This document shows positions 58,374 through 64,000 of a stretch of DNA of 64,000 bases, piece after piece. A program made the translations under genes and the position numbers. This DNA comes from Candidatus Aenigmatarchaeota archaeon (GTDB taxonomy: Archaea > Aenigmatarchaeota > Aenigmatarchaeia > CG10238-14 > SCSR01): contig JAGVVV010000010.1 in assembly GCA_018304615.1 (NCBI GenBank), positions 26,000 to 89,999 of the forward strand, read 5' to 3'. The notes beneath the pieces are model-generated. The model saw only the letters and a program-made list of their open reading frames with translations. It searched no databases and was not told where the DNA came from. Each line of letters starts with the position of its first letter. The stretch's first letter is position 1.

Positions 58374-58640
58374 TCAGACCAGTTCTTTTCCAGTCTCAAT
58401 ATCTATTATGTGAATCACATTAACTGGACAAACTTGTGCTGCTTCCATGTTTATCTGCAAATCTTTCTCTTCAATTATCCTTTCGAACTTCCCGGTCTCC
58501 TCATTGAAATTTCCATTAAGAAGCTTCGCCTTGTTGAACTCGTCCATGTCCCATGCTTCTGGGTTTACAGCAACGCATGCAGTCACGCCTATGCATCCTT
58601 CTCTTTCGTAAATTATTTTATACTCTTTCATCTTTCTCAC
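58374..58640 (-). CDS. Single-cluster ferredoxin (probably 3Fe-4S type; start likely ATG 58631)
   Basis: CIGVTAC (second Cys replaced) and AAQVCPVNVI. Confidence 0.85.
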   Translation of the reverse strand: MRKMKEYKIIYEREGCIGVTACVAVNPEAWDMDEFNKAKLLNGNFNEETGKFERIIEEKDLQINMEAAQVCPVNVIHIIDIETGKELV

Positions 58641-58654
58641 TCAAGCTAGAAACT

Positions 58655-59080
58655 TCATTCCATTTTGTCCCATTCTTTTTCGAATTCTTTTATCTCTTTT
58701 TGATTTCCAAGATAACTGTAAACTGCAACTTTGACCACTTTCAGCGGAAGCATCGCGCATTTCAATCTCGGAGGGCTTATAGTTATTCCAAGATTCTTCA
58801 AGACATTTTTCCTTCCCAAATTTTTTATCTCCCGTATATTCTTTCCTTTGACAGTTTCTGTCAATATAGATGCCGAGGCTTTGCTTATCGCGCATCCGTT
58901 CCCATGAAATTTAACATCGACTATCTTCCCATTCTTGTCGATTTTGAACTGGAACTCATATTCGTCGCCACAAAGAGGGTTCACATCATGAAACTTTATG
59001 TCCGGATTCTCGATAGTCCCGTAGTTCCTAGGATTGTTGTAGTGATCCAAAATGTTTTCCTGATACATTTCGAAACTCAT
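58655..59080 (-). CDS. sufU: SufU/IscU-type Fe-S scaffold or sulfur acceptor
   Basis: ILDHY, NPLCGD, GCAISKASAS, RLKCA. Confidence 0.92.
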   Translation of the reverse strand: MSFEMYQENILDHYNNPRNYGTIENPDIKFHDVNPLCGDEYEFQFKIDKNGKIVDVKFHGNGCAISKASASILTETVKGKNIREIKNLGRKNVLKNLGITISPPRLKCAMLPLKVVKVAVYSYLGNQKEIKEFEKEWDKME

Positions 59081-60294
59081 ATTCCGAAAACCTTTCTTGC
59101 CTTGTTCAGGGCATTCACCAACTCATCAACATCTTCCTTCGTGTTGTATATAGAGAAGCTTGCCCTTGCCGTGGCGCTCACCCCAAGCTTGCTGTGAAGT
59201 GGCATGGTGCAGTGATGGCCAGATCTTATCGCCACCCCCTGCTCATCCAAGATTGTCGCCAAATCATGAGCATGAATGTCTCCAAGATTAAAAGCAATAA
59301 CTCCCCCCCTGTTTTCTGCATTCTTCGGTCCGTAAATTTTTATCCCAGGAACTTTTGAAAGCTTCTCTAATGCATATCTGGTCAACGTCTTTTCATGCTC
59401 CTTCATCTTCTTCATCCCAATTTTTTCCAGATAGTCGACTGCATAACCAAGTGCGATAGCTCCTGATATGTCAGGAGTTCCAGCCTCGTATTTATGAGGA
59501 GGGTCTTTCCATGTCGCGTTCGTGAGGAAAACTTCCTTGATCATCTCTCCTCCACCCATGAAAGGTTCCATCTCTCGATAGACTTCCTCTTTCACATACA
59601 AAACTCCTATTCCAGTCGGTCCGAACATCTTGTGTCCTGAAAAAGCCATGAAGTCGCAATCAAGCTCTTGAACATCCACTGGCATGTGTGGAACAGACTG
59701 CGCAGAATCAAACAATATCCTCGCCCCGTTCTCGTGAGCAAGTTTTGCAATTTGCTTTACCGGGTTAATCGTCCCTAAGACATTAGAAACATGAGAGACT
59801 GCAATCAACTTCGTCTTCGGAGTTATCAACTTTTTGAATTCCTCCATTCTAAGAGTTCCATCGTCGTTAATCTCCACAAACTTCAAGTCAATTCCTTTTT
59901 TCTTCAGCATAAGCCAAGGGACAATGTTAGAGTGATGTTCCATTACAGTACTGATAATTTCATCCTCAGGTCTTAGTTTCTCAGCCCATGCGAACCTAAC
60001 AAGATTTATTGCTTCTGTAGCCCCTCTTACAAATATAATCTCCTTTTCGCTCTTTGCGTTTATGAATTTTGCAATCTTTTTCCTAGCCTCCTCATATTCT
60101 TCTGTCGCTTCCGCAGCAATTTTGTAAATTCCCCGGTGAACGTTTGAATTGTAATTCTCATAATATTTTTCTATCTCTTTTATCACCTGTTTCGGTTTCT
60201 GAGAAGTGGCGGCGCTGTCCAGATAAACCATCCTCTTTCCATTGATTTTTCTTTTCAGAATCGGAAAATCATTCCTTATCTTTTTCAGTTCCAT
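59077..60294 (-). CDS. sufS: Cysteine desulfurase SufS
   Basis: YLDSAATSQKP, FSGHKM, RSGHHC; start ATG 60294. Confidence 0.95.
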   Translation of the reverse strand: MELKKIRNDFPILKRKINGKRMVYLDSAATSQKPKQVIKEIEKYYENYNSNVHRGIYKIAAEATEEYEEARKKIAKFINAKSEKEIIFVRGATEAINLVRFAWAEKLRPEDEIISTVMEHHSNIVPWLMLKKKGIDLKFVEINDDGTLRMEEFKKLITPKTKLIAVSHVSNVLGTINPVKQIAKLAHENGARILFDSAQSVPHMPVDVQELDCDFMAFSGHKMFGPTGIGVLYVKEEVYREMEPFMGGGEMIKEVFLTNATWKDPPHKYEAGTPDISGAIALGYAVDYLEKIGMKKMKEHEKTLTRYALEKLSKVPGIKIYGPKNAENRGGVIAFNLGDIHAHDLATILDEQGVAIRSGHHCTMPLHSKLGVSATARASFSIYNTKEDVDELVNALNKARKVFGI

Positions 60295-60298
60295 TGCT

Positions 60299-61642
60299 TC
60301 ACCTGTACTTGTAGTGGGTGCCGAAAATATCAGACTCAATCTTCCTCTCTGACTGCTTTCTAACGTCGAATATCTTCTTCGACAACTCAGAGCTGATTTC
60401 TTTGTTCATCCACTTCAACTCAATTACATCCTGCAATTTAATCTTCATCTCTTCAGAATTAACCCTTTCTATCACTGGTGCAAAAAACCCGAAAACAATC
60501 TGTTTTTTAGCTTCGTCCATGCTCAATCCTCTTGACATGATGTAGAAGATTTTCTCCTCATCCAACGGTGCTACAGATGCTGAATGAGTGGCCTTCACCT
60601 CATTAGTCTTTATTTCTAAACCTGGGATCGCATCAGCTTTTGCATCCTGACTTAACAACAGCGAGTGTTCACTCAGAATTGAGTTTGCGTTCTTTGCATC
60701 TTCATCAATCTTTATCATTCCCTTCAACAATCCCATCGACTTGTCTTTGAATATACCCTTGCTCAAAACCTTTCCTATAGTAAACTTCCCAATGTGGTTA
60801 AGGCTCGAATAAATGTCAAAATTCTGTCTTTGGTTACCGAATCCTACTTCCAAATCCTCTGCCGAAGATCCATCACCAATCAAAAAACTGTTAACTCGTG
60901 ATCTTATCTTGCTCCCTCCAAAATTTCCCATGTTCAAGAAAATCTTACTTTCCTTGCCACAATATACATTATAATTTCCAATCGACAGTACATTCTGATT
61001 TAGCATCTGCAAGTTCGAAAGAGTAACCTGAGAATCATCTTTGATCATCACTTCAAAGTTTTCTGAGACAACACTCTCGTCCTGTGTTTCAGAATAATCT
61101 TCTTTTATTATGTCGACCATACTCTTCTCGTCTACTAAAATCAGGTTCTTTGCCACCTGAACTTTCGTCTTGTTCAGATTGAGAATGAACAAAGGGATTT
61201 CTAGTTCAACATTCTTCGGCACATAAAAAAAGAATCCTGAATTGAAAAACGCATCGTTGAACATAGTCATCTTGTCAATTTCACGATTCTTGTTGGTGAA
61301 AAATTCTTTTACCAGATTTTCATCTTCTTTTATTGCATCGTTTATATTCTTCAGGATGACTCCTTTCTTTTTCAAATCATCTGAAAGATGTAATACGGTC
61401 GTAAAACCAGATTGAATTACATAAGCTTCCAGATCAAGTTTCTTATCTACAGTACTCTTCCCGTTCACAAGATCTTCAGCACGAATTTTATCCAATCCGA
61501 AAGTAAAGAAAAAAGTGTTCTTTTTGAATATCTGGCTGTTCTCAATAGGCATTGTGGAAAACTTTTCAAAAGCTTTAGTCCTAAATTCTTTCATCCATGC
61601 CGAATCCTTAGAAAGGCTATCTATTGCTTCTGTGTACTGCAA
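60299..61642 (-). CDS. sufD: Fe-S assembly protein SufD
   Basis: PGLEIKTNEVKATHSASV, FYIMSRGL. Confidence 0.9.
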   Translation of the reverse strand: MQYTEAIDSLSKDSAWMKEFRTKAFEKFSTMPIENSQIFKKNTFFFTFGLDKIRAEDLVNGKSTVDKKLDLEAYVIQSGFTTVLHLSDDLKKKGVILKNINDAIKEDENLVKEFFTNKNREIDKMTMFNDAFFNSGFFFYVPKNVELEIPLFILNLNKTKVQVAKNLILVDEKSMVDIIKEDYSETQDESVVSENFEVMIKDDSQVTLSNLQMLNQNVLSIGNYNVYCGKESKIFLNMGNFGGSKIRSRVNSFLIGDGSSAEDLEVGFGNQRQNFDIYSSLNHIGKFTIGKVLSKGIFKDKSMGLLKGMIKIDEDAKNANSILSEHSLLLSQDAKADAIPGLEIKTNEVKATHSASVAPLDEEKIFYIMSRGLSMDEAKKQIVFGFFAPVIERVNSEEMKIKLQDVIELKWMNKEISSELSKKIFDVRKQSERKIESDIFGTHYKYR

Positions 61643-61650
61643 GAAATCCC

Positions 61651-63063
61651 CTACCCTACAGACCCAGTCATTTCCAACTGGATCAGTTTGTTGAATTCGA
61701 TTGCATATTCCAGAGGAATCTCTTTCGCGAAAGCTTCGAAGAACCCAACCACAACCATGTTCAATGCCTGCTCTTCTGTCAATCCTCTAGACATCAGATA
61801 GAATAACTGGTCATCACCTATCTTCCCGACAGTAGCTTCATGTGTAATAGTTGCAGTCTCATTGTTGATTTGATTGTATGGATAAGTGTCTGTTTTTGAA
61901 ATTTCATCGAGCAGCAGAGCATCGCATCTCACGCTAGATTTAACATTCGTTGCATTTTTGGCTACGAACAGCAACCCTCTGTAGCTTGTTCTCCCGCCAT
62001 CTTTACTCACAGACTTTGAAGTTATTCTCGAAGTAGTGTCAGGGGCGAGATGATAAACCTTCCCTCCTGCGTCTTGATGCTGGCCATCTCCTGCGAAAGC
62101 AACAGACAGGATGTCAGCTCTAGCATTTCTACCTTTGAGATAAACAGAAGGATATTTCATCGTGAGGCAACTTCCAATATTCGCATCTACCCATTCAACA
62201 ATTGCTCCTTCGAATGCATGAGCCCTTTTCGTGACAAGATTAAAAACATTCTTTGACCAGTTTTGCAAAGTCGTATATCTTATATGCGCTCCAGGCAGTG
62301 CGACAATCTCTACAACAGCCGAATGAAGAGATGATTTTGAATAAACAGGTGCAGTACACCCTTCAATATAGTGAACCTTGCTTCCTTCGTCCGCGATAAT
62401 GAGAGTTCTCTCAAACTGTCCTATTCCCTCCGCATTTATTCTGAAGTAAGCTTGCAGCGGCATGTCGACATGCACACCCTTCGGAATGTATATGAAACTC
62501 CCGCCTGAGAACACGGCAGAGTTCAATGAAGCGAACTTGTTATCATCTGATGGAACAACCGTTCCGAAATATTTTTTGAAAATATGTGGATATTTTTGAA
62601 GTCCAGTGTCCGGATCAACAAAAATAACTCCCTGCTTCTCCAACTTCTCTTTCAGTTTGTGATAAACTACTTCTGAATCGAATTGAGCTCCTACTCCTGA
62701 CAAGAATTTTTTCTCTGCTTCAGGAATTCCCAACCTGTCGAATGTGTTCTTTACTTCAGGTGGGACATCATTCCAATCTTCCCTCATCTTAGTTCCAGGC
62801 TTTATGTAATAAATGATATCATCAAAATTTATTTTGGACAGATCTCCACCCCATGCGGGCATCGGTCTTGCAAAAAAATGCTCGAGAGCCTTCAATCTGA
62901 ACTGATGGATCCATTCATACTCGCCCTTCTCTCCTTTGAAATCAGAAATCTCGTCCACAGTTCTCGTGCTGAGACCTAATTTAGTCTCTGCCACCCTACT
63001 GTCTTTTACTTTGAAGCCATATTTCTCTTCATATTCTTTGTTAATGTCAAGAGTTTGTTTCAT
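61651..63063 (-). CDS. sufB: Fe-S assembly protein SufB
   Basis: GQFERTLII, YIEGCTAP, HEATVGKI, FYLMSRG. Confidence 0.96.
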   Translation of the reverse strand: MKQTLDINKEYEEKYGFKVKDSRVAETKLGLSTRTVDEISDFKGEKGEYEWIHQFRLKALEHFFARPMPAWGGDLSKINFDDIIYYIKPGTKMREDWNDVPPEVKNTFDRLGIPEAEKKFLSGVGAQFDSEVVYHKLKEKLEKQGVIFVDPDTGLQKYPHIFKKYFGTVVPSDDNKFASLNSAVFSGGSFIYIPKGVHVDMPLQAYFRINAEGIGQFERTLIIADEGSKVHYIEGCTAPVYSKSSLHSAVVEIVALPGAHIRYTTLQNWSKNVFNLVTKRAHAFEGAIVEWVDANIGSCLTMKYPSVYLKGRNARADILSVAFAGDGQHQDAGGKVYHLAPDTTSRITSKSVSKDGGRTSYRGLLFVAKNATNVKSSVRCDALLLDEISKTDTYPYNQINNETATITHEATVGKIGDDQLFYLMSRGLTEEQALNMVVVGFFEAFAKEIPLEYAIEFNKLIQLEMTGSVG

Positions 63064-63821
63064 TCAATTCCCTCTTTTATCCAATCATAACCTTTCTGCT
63101 CAAGCTGTTCTGCAAGATCTTCTCCCCCAGACTTGACAATTTTTCCATTTATCATTACATGAACATAGTCAGGTTTTATGTACTTGAGAATTCTCTGGTA
63201 GTGAGTTATCAATAAAACACCCATGTCAGTTCCTTTCAAATCATTCACACCGTTAGCAACTATTTTGACAGAGTCAATATCTAATCCTGAATCAGTTTCA
63301 TCAAGGATTGCAATCTTCGGATTGAGCACAGCAAGTTGCAGAATCTCAACTCTCTTCTTCTCTCCTCCAGAAAATCCTTCATTCAAGTGCCTGTAGATGA
63401 AAGACTCGTCCATCTGCAAAAGTTTAACTTTTTCTTTCAAAAGTTTCTGAAAATCAAGAACTGAAATCACTTCTTTCTCTATGTTTTTTGCATGCCCATT
63501 GTTTATGGAGTTGTACGCAGCTCTCAAGAAATTAAAAAGACTTACTCCTGCAACCTCAACAGGGTATTGGAAAGCAAGGAACATCCCCGCCTTAGCTCTC
63601 TGATCCGGAGTCATCACAAGTACATTCTTTCCGTCAAAGGTGATACTCCCCTTTTCTACTTTGTATTTAGGATGGCCCATCAAAACATTTGCAAGTGTGG
63701 ATTTTCCTGATCCATTCGGCCCCATTATCGCGTGAATCTTTCCCTTTTCAACTTTCAGATTCACACCTTTGATTATTTCCTTTCCATCAATTGAAACATG
63801 CAAATCTTTAATCTCGAGCAT
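63060..63821 (-). CDS. sufC: Fe-S assembly ATPase SufC
   Basis: MGPNGSGKST, NEGFSGGEKKR, LDETDSGLD. Confidence 0.96.
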   Translation of the reverse strand: MLEIKDLHVSIDGKEIIKGVNLKVEKGKIHAIMGPNGSGKSTLANVLMGHPKYKVEKGSITFDGKNVLVMTPDQRAKAGMFLAFQYPVEVAGVSLFNFLRAAYNSINNGHAKNIEKEVISVLDFQKLLKEKVKLLQMDESFIYRHLNEGFSGGEKKRVEILQLAVLNPKIAILDETDSGLDIDSVKIVANGVNDLKGTDMGVLLITHYQRILKYIKPDYVHVMINGKIVKSGGEDLAEQLEQKGYDWIKEGIE

Positions 63822-63824
63822 TTC

Positions 63825-64000
63825 CTACATCTCCTTCAATCTATCTAAAACTTCTTTGCTGTGTCCATCCGGTTTGACATCATTGAAAATATATTTCACC
63901 TTTCCATCTTTTCCTATTAAAAATGTCGTCCTTTTTGCCGAGCCTGTAAATTTCAACACCCCATACTTCTTAGTTATCTCTTTCTTCTTATCTGATACAA
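63825..64000 (-). CDS. Peroxiredoxin (Bcp/PrxQ-like), C-terminal part
   Basis: Hand translation: SDKKKEITKKYGV..AKRTTFLIGKDGKVKYIFNDVKPDGHSKEVL..EM*. Confidence 0.85.
   Translation of the reverse strand, partial: VSDKKKEITKKYGVLKFTGSAKRTTFLIGKDGKVKYIFNDVKPDGHSKEVLDRLKEM

Overview
Gene-dense, AT-rich archaeal chromosome segment. The gene content (fibrillarin/Nop5, Hel308, Kae1/Bud32, DnaG, Hjc, archaeal histone, RPA/RadA, uS15/eS1, AglB) is archaeal, and the compact style suggests a DPANN lineage such as Aenigmarchaeota (inference). Layout: 0-12.7 kb RNA-modification and DNA-repair housekeeping with one tRNA-Pro(CGG); 12.7-18.3 kb an unusual replication locus; 20-47.6 kb a large surface/N-glycosylation cluster ending in AglB; 47.6-58 kb histone, RPA, RadA, ribosomal proteins and class II ribonucleotide reductase; 58-64 kb a complete SufCBDSU operon. 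The strongest signal is a two-gene unit: a catalytically degenerate PolD small-subunit (DP1) paralog directly upstream of an intact PolB that ends in a DP2-type zinc finger. This is the catalytic subunit plus inactive B-subunit architecture of eukaryotic Pol alpha/delta/epsilon. It sits next to three winged-helix genes, a ~10% GC tract with repeats, and an apparent GC-skew inversion. Other points: Alg7-like, split Alg14/Alg13-like and STT3-like genes occur together; several genes appear to start at near-cognate codons (ACG, CTG, ATA, ATT); one orphan ORF is bracketed by both inverted and direct repeats; and one NUDIX-like gene is interrupted by TAA. No CRISPR array, rRNA, integrase, transposase or intein was seen. 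All protein calls come from motif recognition by eye, not database searches.
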